Notes: a model not told the origin generated them from the sequence alone. Shown: positions 23,605-35,333, counted from the stretch's first letter. The stretch is 64,000 nt of DNA from Gammaproteobacteria bacterium (GCA_013150915.1 JAADJE010000031.1:11139-75138), one strand, 5' to 3'. Program-made: numbers and translations.

Positions 23605-23660
23605 CGGGCTCAGATTGCCGTGTGCCCGATTTGTTTGGACCTAATAGTGGCTAGGGTAGA

Positions 23661-24122
23661 ATGGATAGGCTGAAAAAGAGGTTAAGTGATATGTTTGAGC
23701 CGGTTGTTGAATCAATGGCTTACGAACTTGTTGGTGTTGAGCTGACGGGTAGTGGTAATGGTACGATCCTGCGCATATATATTGACGCAGCGAAGGGAAT
23801 AACGGTAGAGGATTGTCAGGCGGTCAGCTACCAGATCAGCGGTATACTTGAGGTTGAAGATCCCCTGGATAACCGTTACACACTGGAAGTCTCATCACCG
23901 GGGCTGAACAGGCTGCTGGTTAAACCTGAACATTTTAAGCGGTTTGTAGGTGAGTTAGTAAAAATTCGCAGTACTGAAGCTGTTCTTGGAAGAAAAAATT
24001 TCAAGGGTGTACTTGAAGCATTTGATGGAAAGAATCTGTTTGTTGCGGTCGACAATGAGGAATATGAAATACCTCTTGATATCGTCGAAAAAGCAAATCT
24101 GGTACCCGTGTTGGATAGTTAG
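23661..24122 (+). CDS. rimP: ribosome maturation factor RimP
   Basis: 153 aa; collinear with E. coli RimP (…LVGVEL…LRIYID…LEVSSPGL…). Confidence 0.88.
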   Translation: MDRLKKRLSDMFEPVVESMAYELVGVELTGSGNGTILRIYIDAAKGITVEDCQAVSYQISGILEVEDPLDNRYTLEVSSPGLNRLLVKPEHFKRFVGELVKIRSTEAVLGRKNFKGVLEAFDGKNLFVAVDNEEYEIPLDIVEKANLVPVLDS

Positions 24123-24133
24123 CGAGGCTTATT

Positions 24134-25630
24134 ATGCAAAATGAAATTCTCATGATGGCTGATGCCGTCTCACGCGAGAAAGGACTTGAAAAAGAAGTTA
24201 TTTTTCAGGCAATTGAGGCAGCACTGGCAGCAGCAACGTGTAAGCTTAATCCTCTGGATATTGATGCCAGGGTAGAGATTGATAGAAGTACGGGCGAGTA
24301 TCAAAGCTTTCGCGTATGGGAAATTATTGATGATGAGTCAATTGAAGATGGACAGGGGCTTGAGTATCCTGACAAGCAGTTACTGCTAAGTTCAACTAAA
24401 GAAGACTACCCTGAGTTAGTCGCCGGTGATGTGATTGAAGAAAGTATCGAACCAGTAGTATTTGGCAGAATTGCCGCCCAGGCGGCCAAGCAGGTTATTA
24501 TGCAGAAAGTTCGCGAGGCAGAGCGCGAACAAATTGTCAAAGATTTTGAAGGCCGTCAGGGTGAGATGATCACCGGTATTGTAAAAGGTATGGAACGAGG
24601 TGATGTCATCGTCGAAATCAATGGCACCGAAGCACTGTTGCCTAAGCGCAATATGATTCCAAGAGAAGGATTGCGCAAAGGTGATCGAATAAGGGCTGTC
24701 CTGGAAGAAGTTCGTTATGCAAATCGGGGGCCGCAACTTTTACTTAGCCGGATTTCACCGGAATTACTGATAAAACTCTTTGAGCTTGAAGTGCCGGAAG
24801 TTGGTGAGGGTTTGATCAAGATACACGGTGCAGCCAGGGATCCGGGTTCTCGTGCAAAGATAGCCGTACAATCCATGGATGGTCGCATTGATCCTGTCGG
24901 GGCCTGTGTAGGCATGCGGGGATCGCGTGTACAAAGTGTATCGAATGAGATTGCCGGAGAACGCGTAGACATCATTAAATGGTCGCCAGAAGTCCCTGAG
25001 TTTGTCATAAACTCATTGGCCCCGGCAGAAATTCTGTCCATCATGGTTGATGAAGAAAACCATTCCATAGATGTAATCGTTGATGAAACCCAGCTTGCGC
25101 AGGCGATAGGGCGCAGCGGCCAGAATGTTCAGCTGGCTTCAAAGCTCACCGGTTGGGTGCTAAATGTCATGTCCGAAACTGGGGCAGAAGAAAAGGGGCA
25201 GGGTGAAGCACAAAAATTAATTGAGATGTTCTCCACTCAGCTTGATGTGGACGAAGATGTCGCGATGATACTGGTACAGGAGGGCTTTACCTCTGTAATG
25301 GAAGTCGCTTATGTCCCTCGTCAGGAAATGGAGGCAATTGAAGAATTTGACGATGCTTTGATTGACGAGCTCCGTAACCGTGCGGCAGACGCACTACTTA
25401 CTTCAGCCATTGCTGAAGAAGAAGCTTTACAAAATGCCAAACCGAATGCCGACCTGTTGCTACTGGACGGGATGGACGAACACACAGCTAAAGTACTGGC
25501 AAACAACGGCATAGTGTCGCAGGAAGACCTGGCGGAGCTTGCTGTTGATGAGTTGCTCGATATCCAGGAAATGGACGAAGAACGTGCCAAGCAGTTAATC
25601 ATGGCTGCAAGAGCACCCTGGTTTGAGTAA
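24134..25630 (+). CDS. nusA: transcription termination/antitermination factor NusA
   Basis: 498 aa; S1, KH1/KH2 and two C-terminal acidic repeat domains. Confidence 0.93.
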   Translation: MQNEILMMADAVSREKGLEKEVIFQAIEAALAAATCKLNPLDIDARVEIDRSTGEYQSFRVWEIIDDESIEDGQGLEYPDKQLLLSSTKEDYPELVAGDVIEESIEPVVFGRIAAQAAKQVIMQKVREAEREQIVKDFEGRQGEMITGIVKGMERGDVIVEINGTEALLPKRNMIPREGLRKGDRIRAVLEEVRYANRGPQLLLSRISPELLIKLFELEVPEVGEGLIKIHGAARDPGSRAKIAVQSMDGRIDPVGACVGMRGSRVQSVSNEIAGERVDIIKWSPEVPEFVINSLAPAEILSIMVDEENHSIDVIVDETQLAQAIGRSGQNVQLASKLTGWVLNVMSETGAEEKGQGEAQKLIEMFSTQLDVDEDVAMILVQEGFTSVMEVAYVPRQEMEAIEEFDDALIDELRNRAADALLTSAIAEEEALQNAKPNADLLLLDGMDEHTAKVLANNGIVSQEDLAELAVDELLDIQEMDEERAKQLIMAARAPWFE

Positions 25631-25701
25631 TGCAAGTAAGGGCTAATAGGGTAGAATAGGCTGAGTTTTTGCACACCCTGAAAAGGGTAGAGAGATGAGT
25701 T

Positions 25702-28227
25702 ATGTCAGAGACCAATATTAAAAGTTTTGCGCAGAAAATCGGTGTTGAACCGAAGCATCTGTTGAAGCAGTTAACTGCAGCAGGCATCAAGGGCAAAAAA
25801 GTGGGTGATGATCTGACTAATGATGAAAAAATGCTCCTGCTCAAGTACCTGAGCGGCGATGTTGATGCGGGGTTACCAAAATCACGTAATAAGATCACCC
25901 TTAATCGAAGAACCTCCAGTGAAATTCGACAGACATCGCGTACGGGTAGCGCACATGCAGTACAGGTGGTCGTACGCAAAAAACGCACATTTGTTAACAA
26001 GGGAGTCATTGATGAAGTCCAGGCCAAAGAAGAAGAAAAGCTCAGATTAGAGAAAGAAGCAGAAGAAAGAAAACAGGCTGAAATCAATGCAGCTAAAGAA
26101 GCTGAGATGTTAGCTAAAAAGTCTGCAGAGGAAGAGGCTGCCAGGATTAGGGCGGAAGCTGAGACAGAAGAATTACGTAAGGCTGCCGCAGAAAAGACGG
26201 CAAAGGGAGAGGCCAAAAAATCGCCCAAAACTGACAGTACTGAGGGAACTAAAAAAAGCGCTGGCCCTCGACCGGGTAAACAGGCCCCGGCCAAGAAAGA
26301 TAAATCGGCCCATCACAAGGATCATGGTGGTTTTGGTAAGGGACGAGAGCAACTTCATGTTGCCCCCGGTAAAGGTAAACGACGCAAGCCCAAGCGTCGT
26401 GGTAATCAGAAAGTCCAAACAAGTATCACGGATCAGCACGTATTTGAAAAACCGACTGAGCCCGTGATCTACGAGGTAGAGATACCTGAAACCATTACCG
26501 TTGCAGATCTTGCGGCCGCCATGTCTGTTAAGGCAGGTGAAGTAATTAAAGTCCTTATGGGTATGGGTATGATGGTGACCATTAACCAGATGCTTGATGG
26601 TGATACGGCTACCTTGCTTGTTGAAGAAATGGGCCATATTGCAAAAGAGGCTAAGGCGGAAACACCTGAAGATGTTTTCTCACAGATTGATGACGGTGAG
26701 CATGAACTTAAGCCACGTTATCCAATTGTTACCGTCATGGGCCATGTTGATCATGGCAAGACATCTCTGTTGGATTATATTCGTGAAACACGTGTTGCCA
26801 GTGGTGAGGCAGGTGGGATTACCCAGCATATTGGTGCCTATCATGTAGAGACGGGGCATGGTGGTATGACCTTCCTTGATACACCGGGTCATGAGGCGTT
26901 CAGTGCCATGCGTGCACGTGGTGCAGGGGCTACTGATATCGTTATTATCGTTGTTGCCGCCGATGACGGTGTAAAACCACAAACTATTGAAGCGATACAC
27001 CACGCTCGCACTGCGGGTGTTCCAATTGTAATCGCTATCAACAAAATTGATAAGGAAGGTGCAGATACTGAGCGGGTGAAATCAGAGTTGAGTTCTCATG
27101 ATGTCTTTGTCGAGGATTACGGCGGAGATGTTATGTCCGTTGCTGTTTCTGCACATACCGGGGAGGGGGTGGATACATTGCTTGAAAGCGTGTTGCTGAC
27201 ATCAGAGATACTGGAATTACGGGCCCCTGTAACTGGGCCTATGAAGGGAATGGTCGTTGAAGCACGTCTTGATAAGGGTCGTGGCCCAGTGGCTACCGTT
27301 CTTGTTCAGGATGGGACGCTACACAAGGGTGACATTATCATTGCCGGGCAGGAAAGTGGAAAGGTGCGTGCCATGCATAATGATTCTGGCGGAGTAATCA
27401 AGGAGGCAGGGCCATCAATTCCCGTCGAGCTGCTTGGTTTGTCCGGTGTTCCTACAGCAGGTGATGAGGTGCTGGTAGCTGGTGATGAACGACAGGCGCG
27501 CGAGATAGCCATGTACCGAAAAAGTAAGGCTAAAGAATCGAAACTGGCACGTCAACAGGCAAGTAAACTGGAAAATATTTTCCAGAATATGGAAGATTCA
27601 CAAAGTAAAAAGAAGACACTCAATCTGCTGGTGAAAGCAGATGTGCAGGGCTCAGTAGAGGCACTTAGCCAGTCATTAGAGAAAATGTCTTCTGATGAAG
27701 TCAAAGTCACCGTTGTCCATGGCATGGTTGGTGGTATTTCAGAATCAGATGTGAATCTGGCTCTGGCCTCACAGGCAATCATCATCGCCTTTAATGTCCG
27801 TGCTGATATGACTGCCAGAAAACTAATCGAAAATGAAGGTGTTGAGGTTTATTACTATAAGGTGATTTATGATGCAGTTGATCAGGTGAAGGCTGCTATT
27901 GAAGGTATGTTATCACCCGAAGTTAAAGAAGAGATTACCGGTCTGGCAGAAGTGCGGGATGTGTTTATGGTTTCAAAGGTTGGTGCGATTGCAGGTTGTA
28001 TGGTTATTGATGGTTCAATCAAACGCAACAACCCGGTTCGGGTATTGCGGGATAATGTTGTTATCTTCGAGGGTAAACTCGATTCATTACGCCGCTTTAA
28101 AGAGGATGTGAACGAGGTCAAGTCAGGCCTGGAATGCGGCATCGGGGTGAAAAACTACAACGACATTAAGGTCGGTGACCAGATTGAAGTGTTTGAGGTC
28201 ATTGAAACAAAAAGAACACTCGATTAG
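25702..28227 (+). CDS. infB: translation initiation factor IF-2
   Basis: 841 aa; Lys/Glu/Ala-rich N-terminus, GTPase G1 GHVDHGKT, G3 DTPGH, G4 NKID. Confidence 0.93.
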   Translation: MSETNIKSFAQKIGVEPKHLLKQLTAAGIKGKKVGDDLTNDEKMLLLKYLSGDVDAGLPKSRNKITLNRRTSSEIRQTSRTGSAHAVQVVVRKKRTFVNKGVIDEVQAKEEEKLRLEKEAEERKQAEINAAKEAEMLAKKSAEEEAARIRAEAETEELRKAAAEKTAKGEAKKSPKTDSTEGTKKSAGPRPGKQAPAKKDKSAHHKDHGGFGKGREQLHVAPGKGKRRKPKRRGNQKVQTSITDQHVFEKPTEPVIYEVEIPETITVADLAAAMSVKAGEVIKVLMGMGMMVTINQMLDGDTATLLVEEMGHIAKEAKAETPEDVFSQIDDGEHELKPRYPIVTVMGHVDHGKTSLLDYIRETRVASGEAGGITQHIGAYHVETGHGGMTFLDTPGHEAFSAMRARGAGATDIVIIVVAADDGVKPQTIEAIHHARTAGVPIVIAINKIDKEGADTERVKSELSSHDVFVEDYGGDVMSVAVSAHTGEGVDTLLESVLLTSEILELRAPVTGPMKGMVVEARLDKGRGPVATVLVQDGTLHKGDIIIAGQESGKVRAMHNDSGGVIKEAGPSIPVELLGLSGVPTAGDEVLVAGDERQAREIAMYRKSKAKESKLARQQASKLENIFQNMEDSQSKKKTLNLLVKADVQGSVEALSQSLEKMSSDEVKVTVVHGMVGGISESDVNLALASQAIIIAFNVRADMTARKLIENEGVEVYYYKVIYDAVDQVKAAIEGMLSPEVKEEITGLAEVRDVFMVSKVGAIAGCMVIDGSIKRNNPVRVLRDNVVIFEGKLDSLRRFKEDVNEVKSGLECGIGVKNYNDIKVGDQIEVFEVIETKRTLD

Positions 28228-28237
28228 CCGTTTCGTA

Positions 28238-28609
28238 ATGCCCAGAGATTTTAGTCGTTCCACCCGAGTATCCGAGCTTATTCAGCGGGAGGTCGCTAAT
28301 GTCGTCCAGCAGAGTATGAATGACCCGCGTGCTGCTGCCGTTACCATCACTCACACCAGGATGACACGGGACATGTCCTCTGCACGAATTTTTTTCATCA
28401 TGCAGGGCGATAAACAGGCCATTAAGGAGACGGAAAAAGTACTCAATAAAGCTTCTGGTTTTATTCGCCACGAGCTAATCAGCCGTATCGAACTCCGTTA
28501 CATCCCGAAATTACATTTTGCATACGACCAATCTATTGAACGTGGTTTGCGTATCGGCAAGTTAATTGATGACGTTATGTACAAAGAACGGGGCAAAAAC
28601 AAAGGGTGA
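28238..28609 (+). CDS. rbfA: ribosome-binding factor A
   Basis: 123 aa from the internal ATG (MPRDFSRSTRVSELIQREV…) just after the infB stop; the longer 28175 ORF start lies inside infB. Confidence 0.85.
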   Translation: MPRDFSRSTRVSELIQREVANVVQQSMNDPRAAAVTITHTRMTRDMSSARIFFIMQGDKQAIKETEKVLNKASGFIRHELISRIELRYIPKLHFAYDQSIERGLRIGKLIDDVMYKERGKNKG

Positions 28610-29517
28610 GCAGATGGTCTCAGTACTCTCTCAACCCGGTGGATGGCATCCTCCTGCTGGACAAAGGGCTGGGGATCTCCTCAAACAGAATCCTGCAGCA
28701 GGTCAAATGTCTGTTCAATGCCAGAAAAGCAGGCCATACAGGAAGTCTTGATCCTCTTGCCACTGGCTTACTTCCACTGTGTTTTGGTGAGGCTACTAAA
28801 CTAAGCCAGTACCTGCTGAATTCTGATAAACGTTATCTGACCACTTTCAAGCTTGGTGAAACAACGACTACTGGCGATGCTGAAGGCAAGCTTATTTCAC
28901 AGAAAGCAGTTAATATCTCCAGTCGGCAGCTTGAGTCAGTACTGAATAAATATAGGGGTATTATTGAGCAGGTGCCGCCTATGTATTCGGCATTGAAGAA
29001 AAATGGCCAGCCTCTGTATAAACTTGCCAGAAAGGGAATAGAAATTAGGCGTAAGCCGCGCTCAGTTGAAATCTTCGATTTATCATTACTGGCATTTGAT
29101 GATGAATTGCTTACGCTGGACGTCCATTGCTCTAAAGGTTTCTATATTCGCAGTCTTGCTTTTGATATTGGTGAGATGCTGGGCTGTGGTGCACATGTGA
29201 TTGGGTTGAGAAGGACAGCTGCCGGTAAATTTGATGTCCGTGATGCAGTAAAACTAGAACAGTTAGAGGAAATGGACAGTCAGCAACGTCTACAACAACT
29301 GATGCCAGTAGATGCCGGTATAGACGATATGCCACGGGTTAGTCTCGCACAGGATGCCTCCGATTATTTTCGACAGGGTCAAACGGTGCGTACAGATGAG
29401 GCCCCGCAGGTCGGTCTGGTGCGTGTGTACAGTGAAGATGTGTGTTTTATCGGTATTGGAGAGGCCTTGGAAGGGAGGCGAATAAAGCCCAAAAGACTGC
29501 TCAGTACAAATAACTGA
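28606..29517 (+). CDS. truB: tRNA pseudouridine(55) synthase TruB
   Basis: 303 aa; catalytic GHTGSLDPLATGLL motif, PUA-like C-terminus; ATGA overlap with rbfA. Confidence 0.9.
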   Translation: MSRWSQYSLNPVDGILLLDKGLGISSNRILQQVKCLFNARKAGHTGSLDPLATGLLPLCFGEATKLSQYLLNSDKRYLTTFKLGETTTTGDAEGKLISQKAVNISSRQLESVLNKYRGIIEQVPPMYSALKKNGQPLYKLARKGIEIRRKPRSVEIFDLSLLAFDDELLTLDVHCSKGFYIRSLAFDIGEMLGCGAHVIGLRRTAAGKFDVRDAVKLEQLEEMDSQQRLQQLMPVDAGIDDMPRVSLAQDASDYFRQGQTVRTDEAPQVGLVRVYSEDVCFIGIGEALEGRRIKPKRLLSTNN

Positions 29518-29684
29518 TCGTAATATTTTTGATAAAATATTAATTAAAACAATAAGTAATATACTAAAGCTAACGTAAATAATTGTTGCATCCAGGAATT
29601 ATGGAAACAAATATTTCTTATCATTATTCGGCATTGCACCCTACGGGTACTGCAGGATGAGTAGTGCCGCCAACCTTACTGTCA

Positions 29685-29716
29685 CGGCCGCCGTAACGCG
29701 GCAATCTCTTTATTTT
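29685..29716 (+). terminator. putative terminator hairpin downstream of truB
   Basis: GCCGC-CGTAAC-GCGGC hairpin followed by AATCTCTTTATTTT; contains a 16-nt sequence repeated at window positions 1-16. Confidence 0.3.
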
Positions 29717-29813
29717 AAACCGGGCATTATGGGATTGTTTCCTCACCACATTTCTCACAACGACGATCTATTTTTTGTCTACCCTATTATTCAACATTTC
29801 AGATATATTAGTA

Positions 29814-29842
29814 TTGAGGAATATACAACACACAGGTAGAAT
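29814..29842 (+). promoter_or_regulatory. candidate rpsO promoter
   Basis: TTGAGG - 17 nt - TAGAAT about 50 nt upstream of rpsO in an AT-rich spacer. Confidence 0.4.
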
Positions 29843-29893
29843 ACGCGGGTTTTATCGACTGTAACCAGTAAGGATTATCCAGAGAGGAAGAAA

Positions 29894-30163
29894 ATGGCCT
29901 TGAATGCAGAAACAAAGGCGCAGATTGTTGAAGAATATCAGACCGGTACAACAGATACCGGTTCGCCAGAAGTACAGGTTGCCCTGATGACCGCACGGAT
30001 CACTGATCTGACCGGCCATTTTAAAGAGCATATCCATGATCATCATTCACGACAGGGTTTGTTGCGTCTGGTAAGCAAGCGTCGTAAATTGCTTGATTAT
30101 CTTAAAAGTCGCGATTCAGAACGCTATCGTAATTTAATTTCACGTCTAGGTCTGCGTAAGTAA
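29894..30163 (+). CDS. rpsO: 30S ribosomal protein S15
   Basis: 89 aa, near-complete match to bacterial S15 (…[16 protein letters not shown]…[15 protein letters not shown]…). Confidence 0.93.
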   Translation: MALNAETKAQIVEEYQTGTTDTGSPEVQVALMTARITDLTGHFKEHIHDHHSRQGLLRLVSKRRKLLDYLKSRDSERYRNLISRLGLRK

Positions 30164-30234
30164 TCGTAAATCAACAGCGGCACAACTCATCGTAATTTAA
30201 GTTAGTCGGACAGTATCCGAGTAGAGGATAAATT

Positions 30235-32330
30235 TTGAAAAAGGTAAGCAAGTCATTTCAGTACGGTGAGCACACCGTCACGTTGGAAACAGGTGAAATT
30301 GCACGTCAGGCCGATGCCGCAATTATTGCGAGCATGGAAGACACAGTTGTTCTGGTCACAGTGGTTGGTGCTAAAAGTGCCCGTCCCGGACAGGATTTCT
30401 TTCCACTTACAGTCGATTACCAGGAAAAAGTCTTTGCAGCCGGTCGTATTCCGGGTGGTTTCTTCCGCCGCGAAGGTCGTCCCTCTGAAAAGGAAATTCT
30501 AATCTGTCGTCTGATTGACCGGCCTATGCGCCCTTTATTCCCAAAGGGGTACGTGAATGAGGTGCAAATCATCTGCACAGTCATTTCAATCAATCCTGAT
30601 ATTGATCCTGATATCATCGCTATGCTTGGTACCTCAGCAGCATTGGCCACTTCAGGGCTGCCGTTCAATGGCCCGGTTGCTTGTGCTCGTGTTGGATACA
30701 TCGACGGTGAATATGTGCTCAATCCCGGCGCTGAGGCACTAAAAGATTCAGACCTTAACCTGGTTGTTGCAGGCACTGAAAGTGCTGTTTTGATGGTTGA
30801 ATCTGAAGCAAAAGTCTTATCAGAAGAAGTTATGCTTGGTTCTGTCATGTATGGTCATGAACAATCAAAAATAGCAATCAAAGCAATCCGTGAACTGGCA
30901 GCAGAAGTAAATACTGATGTACGTGAATTTGTTGCAGCGGAGAAAGATGAGGCACTGGCTGAAAAAGTTTCGGCTATCGGTAAAGTGGGTTTTGAAGAGG
31001 CCTACAGCATAGCTGAAAAGATGTCTCGTCAGGATAAATGCTCATCAGTACGCAGTCTGATCATGGATGAACTGACAAACGAAGAAAGCACATCCGAAGA
31101 TATTGAAAAAATCTCGGGTGCGATAAAGGGACTTGAGAAATCGATCGTCCGCGGCCGTATCCTTGATGGTCAGCCACGTATCGATGGTCGTGGCACACGC
31201 ACTATCCGTCCTATTACAATTCGTACAGGCGTACTGCCACGCACCGATGGTTCAGCCCTGTTTACCCGTGTGAAACCCAGGCACTGGTCGTCACCACACT
31301 CGGTACGGAGCGTGATTCACAGATTATTGATGCGCTGGAAGGGAGTTACCGTGATCCCTTCATGCTGCATTACAATTTCCCGCCCTACTCGGTTGGTGAA
31401 ACGGGCCGAGTAGGTAGCCCCAAGCGTCGAGAAATTGGACACGGTAAATTGGCCAAGCGTGCCGTTGCTGCCGTCATTCCGACTCTGGAAGAATTCCCTT
31501 ATGTGATTCGTGTAGTCTCTGAGATAACAGAAAGTAATGGTTCAAGCTCAATGGCCACTGTCTGCGGAGCATCACTTTCGATGATGGATGCGGGTGTAAA
31601 AACCAAAGCACCTGTTGCGGGTGTTGCCATGGGGTTGATCAAAGATGGCGACAAGTTCGCCGTACTGTCAGACATCCTCGGTGATGAAGATCATCTTGGC
31701 GACATGGATTTCAAAGTAGCCGGTACGACTGAAGGTATAACCGCGCTGCAAATGGACATCAAGATCGAAGGCATCACGCGTGAGATCATGGAAATCGCTC
31801 TGAGTCAGGCTAAAGAAGGCCGTGAGCACATTCTTGGTGAGATGGCTAAAGTTATTGAAGCCCCGCGTGAAGAAATGTCTGATTATGCCCCGCGCATTAT
31901 CACCCTGAAGATACCTACGGACAAGATTCGTGACGTTATTGGTAAAGGGGGTTCAACCATCCGCTCAATCTCTGAAGAGACGGGTGCAACGGTTGATATT
32001 CAGGATGACGGTACGGTTAAGATCGGCTCAATCGATAATGCCGCTGGGCAGGAAGCAAAACGTCGCATCGAACAGATCACGGCCGATGTTGAAGTCGGAA
32101 CAATCTATGAAGGCAAGGTCGCCAAATTGATGGACTTTGGTGCTTTTGTAACTATTCTGCCGGGCAAAGACGGTCTGGTACATATCTCACAGATCTCTCA
32201 CGAGCGTGTAGAGAAAGTTAGCGATAAGTTGTCTGAAGGTGATGTGATCAAGGTAAAGGTGCTTGAGGTAGATCGCCAGGGCCGCATACGCTTGAGTATG
32301 AAGGCCATCAGCGATGAAGATGCGGCCTGA
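30235..32330 (+). CDS. pnp: polynucleotide phosphorylase (PNPase); reading frame interrupted by an apparent 1-nt deletion near 31270 (two ORFs 30235-31413 and 31362-32330)
   Basis: TTG start with GAGGA RBS as in E. coli pnp; N-terminal ORF matches PNPase RNase-PH domain 1 up to …GSALFTR, after which the continuation [44 protein letters not shown]… is in the +1 frame; second ORF carries RNase-PH domain 2, KH and S1 domains. Confidence 0.8.
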
Positions 32331-32360
32331 TTGCTGATCAAAAAGTTGTTTAAGATATTA

Positions 32361-32386
32361 TAAAAAAGGCCGCGAGGTCTTTTTTT
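32361..32386. terminator. bidirectional intrinsic terminator between pnp and dksA
   Basis: AAAAAAGGCC-GCGA-GGTCTTTTTTTT: A-tract/GC stem with GNRA loop/T-tract, symmetric on both strands. Confidence 0.5.
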
Positions 32387-32567
32387 TAGTGAATGCTGTG
32401 GACTCAAACTCAAACAGCCTAATACAACAGAAATGTTACTATTGGGGCACCGTTTTTTCGTTCCCGCAGCAGGCAGGCGGTGTCAACAAAATCGCCATCT
32501 CGCAGTTTTATGCGCTTTCGTGAATAGGGATTGCGAAACAGCCATACCGATGTGAATGGCATGGTGT

Positions 32568-33011
32568 TCAGGCGCGTTGTTTTTCGCGAATTTCATCCAA
32601 TGTCTTACAATCAATACACATGGTGGCCGTTGGGCGTGCTTCCAGGCGTTGAATACCGATCTCTACACCGCAGGAGTCACAATAACCGTAGTCTGAGGTT
32701 TCGATGAAATCTATTGATTCATCAATCTTCTTGATCAATTTGCGCTCACGATCACGGCTACGCAGTTCCAGGGAGATATCTGTCTCCTGGCTGGCGCGAT
32801 CATTTGGGTCAGGGTGATTTTCAGTTTCATCCTGCATTGAGTGTACTGTGCGTGAGACCTCATCCAGCAGTTCCTGCCGCCAGGCGGTCAGAATATTGCG
32901 AAAATGCTCGTGCTGTTTTGGGTTCATATACGCCTCACGTTTCTTTGCAACGTAGGGTTCGATCCCATGAATCAGTCTATCTGTCTGGTCATTTTTTTTG
33001 CTGGCCGGCAT
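32568..33011 (-). CDS. dksA: RNA polymerase-binding transcription factor DksA
   Basis: 147 aa from MPASKKN…; coiled-coil with acidic tip residues and C4 zinc finger CDSCGVEI…CIDC. Confidence 0.88.
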   Translation of the reverse strand: MPASKKNDQTDRLIHGIEPYVAKKREAYMNPKQHEHFRNILTAWRQELLDEVSRTVHSMQDETENHPDPNDRASQETDISLELRSRDRERKLIKKIDESIDFIETSDYGYCDSCGVEIGIQRLEARPTATMCIDCKTLDEIREKQRA

Positions 33012-33120
33012 GTGGTGTCTCCTGCCATAATCTGTGGAAATTTTAACGACGCGCATCTATAGCAGATTTATACGGTGTGTTGCAACAAGGATTTTCTGAT
33101 AAACGGAAAATTAAATTTAT

Positions 33121-33882
33121 ATGTCACTTAACGCATTGATTTTCGATGTTGATGGGACTTTGGCCGATACCGAGTTGAAAGGCCATCGTGTAGCCTATAA
33201 TAGGGCATTCGAGCAATTAGGAATAGACTGGCACTGGACCGAGGCTACTTATACTGAGTTGCTCGTCGTCAGCGGCGGCAAAGAGCGAATGAAATATTTT
33301 ATTGATAATTATCAACCTGATATTCCCTCTGACATGGTCTTAGAGACCTTAATTGCCAGGATCTACAGTAGCAAGACACAAATATTTAAAGATATGTTAC
33401 TAACGGGCTTGATCCCTCTACGCAGTGGTGTTGAGAGGCTATTCAAAGAGGCATACCAGGCAGGAATCCACTTAGCCATTGCGACAACAACCGCGCTTTC
33501 GAATGTACAATGTTTACTGAGCAGTAACCTGGGTGAAGAATCTCTGGATTGGTTCGACATCATTGCCGCCGGGGATATCGTCGAGAACAAGAAGCCCTCG
33601 GGTGAGATCTACCAGTTGGTGCTGGATAAAATGGGCTGGCAGGCAGATGAATGCGTTGCTTTTGAGGATTCCGAGAATGGCTGCTTGTCTGCCAGGGCTG
33701 CGGCCCTGCCGGTAATCATCACCGTGACTGCCTACACGCGCGATGAGGCGTTTATTGACGCTGACCTTGTGCTTGACCGCCTTGGTGATGAAAATGATCC
33801 AGCAAAGGTAATAAACGACCCCGATGGCTCATTTAAGGGGCAAATGCTGACTGTTGATTACCTGATTGAAAGATACGGTTGA
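33121..33882 (+). CDS. HAD-superfamily hydrolase, CbbY-like phosphatase
   Basis: 253 aa; HAD motif I FDVDGTLADTE, motif IV-like AAGD at 33.57 kb; overall CbbY-like length and layout. Confidence 0.75.
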   Translation: MSLNALIFDVDGTLADTELKGHRVAYNRAFEQLGIDWHWTEATYTELLVVSGGKERMKYFIDNYQPDIPSDMVLETLIARIYSSKTQIFKDMLLTGLIPLRSGVERLFKEAYQAGIHLAIATTTALSNVQCLLSSNLGEESLDWFDIIAAGDIVENKKPSGEIYQLVLDKMGWQADECVAFEDSENGCLSARAAALPVIITVTAYTRDEAFIDADLVLDRLGDENDPAKVINDPDGSFKGQMLTVDYLIERYG

Positions 33883-35049
33883 ATGTCCATCAGGTTGGCT
33901 GCAAGGGCCCAGGCGATAGAGCCCTTCCATGTGATGAGAATCCTGGCACAGGCGCGGGAACTGGAAGCTCAGGGGCGCTCAATCATACATATGGAAATCG
34001 GTGAACCGGATTTTCCGTCCCCTGAACCCGTCATTGCGGCGGGTAGGCAGGCCCTGGATAATAAATTAACCCACTATACGGCTGCAAACGGCTTACCGGA
34101 GCTAAGGCAGGCTATTGCAGATCAGTATGATCTTTGTTCGAATCTGGATGCGGCCAGAATACTGGTCACACCCGGTTCATCCGGTGCCCTGCAACTGGTG
34201 ATGGCAATGCTGCTAAACAGTGGGGACGGCATCATGTTGGCTGATCCAGGCTATCCCTGTAATCGTCATATCGCCAGGCTGTTTACTGCAGAAGTTCAAT
34301 CTATTGCGGTTAACGAATCGACGGATTATCAACTGACGGCTGAACTGGTCGAGAAATACTGGCAGAAAAACACCAAAGTGGTCCTGATAGCCAGTCCTTC
34401 AAACCCGACCGGCACTATGATCTCATACGAACAACTGTCTGACATCTATCATCTGCTACAGGAGAAAGGGGCGGCTCTGGTCGTTGACGAGATTTATCAC
34501 GGGCTGGTGTACGGTGAGAAGCCCGACAGTGCGTTGAATATTGGCGATCAGGTATTTGTTATCAACAGTTTTTCAAAATATTACGGAATGACCGGTTGGC
34601 GAGTCGGCTGGCTGGTGGTGCCCCCGGACGAATTTATCGAAGCAGCAAATCGTCTGGCTCAGAATATGTATCTTGCCGCACCGACCCTATCTCAATATGC
34701 CGCACTGGCAGCCATTGGGCAGGAGGCTAAAGAAGAACTGACCCGACGCCGTGATGTGTTTCATCTGCGCAGAGATGTGCTACTGCCCCTGGTCGAGGCG
34801 GCGGGGTTTACAGTCAGAACAAAACCGACAGGCGCTTTTTACATCTACGCAGACTGCAGCGAAATCGCTGATGATTCGATGGCCTTATGTGAGACACTTT
34901 TGCATCAGGCGGGTGTGGCGATTACTCCTGGAGCTGATTTTGGTTCTTACGAAAGCAACAAGTATGTTCGATTCTCTTATGCGAATGCCATTGAGAATTT
35001 GCAGGAAGGGATGATGCGTATACAGAGATGGATCAATGATAATCAGTAA
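33883..35049 (+). CDS. pyridoxal-phosphate-dependent aminotransferase, class I (aspartate/aromatic aminotransferase family)
   Basis: 388 aa; fold-type I aminotransferase with SFSKYYGMTGWRVG lysine motif; start abuts stop of preceding gene. Confidence 0.8.
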   Translation: MSIRLAARAQAIEPFHVMRILAQARELEAQGRSIIHMEIGEPDFPSPEPVIAAGRQALDNKLTHYTAANGLPELRQAIADQYDLCSNLDAARILVTPGSSGALQLVMAMLLNSGDGIMLADPGYPCNRHIARLFTAEVQSIAVNESTDYQLTAELVEKYWQKNTKVVLIASPSNPTGTMISYEQLSDIYHLLQEKGAALVVDEIYHGLVYGEKPDSALNIGDQVFVINSFSKYYGMTGWRVGWLVVPPDEFIEAANRLAQNMYLAAPTLSQYAALAAIGQEAKEELTRRRDVFHLRRDVLLPLVEAAGFTVRTKPTGAFYIYADCSEIADDSMALCETLLHQAGVAITPGADFGSYESNKYVRFSYANAIENLQEGMMRIQRWINDNQ

Positions 35050-35257
35050 TGAAGCCTAAAAGCAAAACCCTGGCAGCACTCCCCCACATAGACAACTGCT
35101 GTCTCAACGACGTGAGGCATTTTGTTCCGGGCGTCAATGAAAAAGAGGGGGGTGAATCTCCAGGATCCAGGTTCCAAATTTCAAGAAAAAATAAACCCCC
35201 TGTGGCCTCTGTGGTAGTGGGTTTTTGATTTTCTCACCTGGAACTTCTTTTTAGTGT

Positions 35258-35286
35258 TTGACACCCATCGCATGGGTCAGTATTGT
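35258..35286 (+). promoter_or_regulatory. candidate sigma70 promoter upstream of alaA-like gene
   Basis: TTGACA - 17 nt - TATTGT ~50 nt upstream of the 35334 start. Confidence 0.3.
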
Positions 35287-35333
35287 TTGCTGTTTTGTTG
35301 GAACAGGTGGCCCAGCGTTTTAGTTGAGTAGAA

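Noticed and set aside
25599-26294. 231-aa minus-strand ORF
   Set aside because: It lies antisense to the Lys/Glu/Ala-rich N-terminal region of infB. The protein is low-complexity (Ser/Ala/Leu-rich), as expected from the reverse complement of GAA/AAG/GCN-rich coding sequence, and it has no RBS or homology.
35050-35333. Possible terminator or small RNA in the aminotransferase intergenic region (AAACCC…GGGTTTTT with CTGTGG direct repeat)
   Set aside because: The stem would enclose a ~22-nt loop and pairing is weak, so I could not support a convincing hairpin. Only the candidate promoter was retained.
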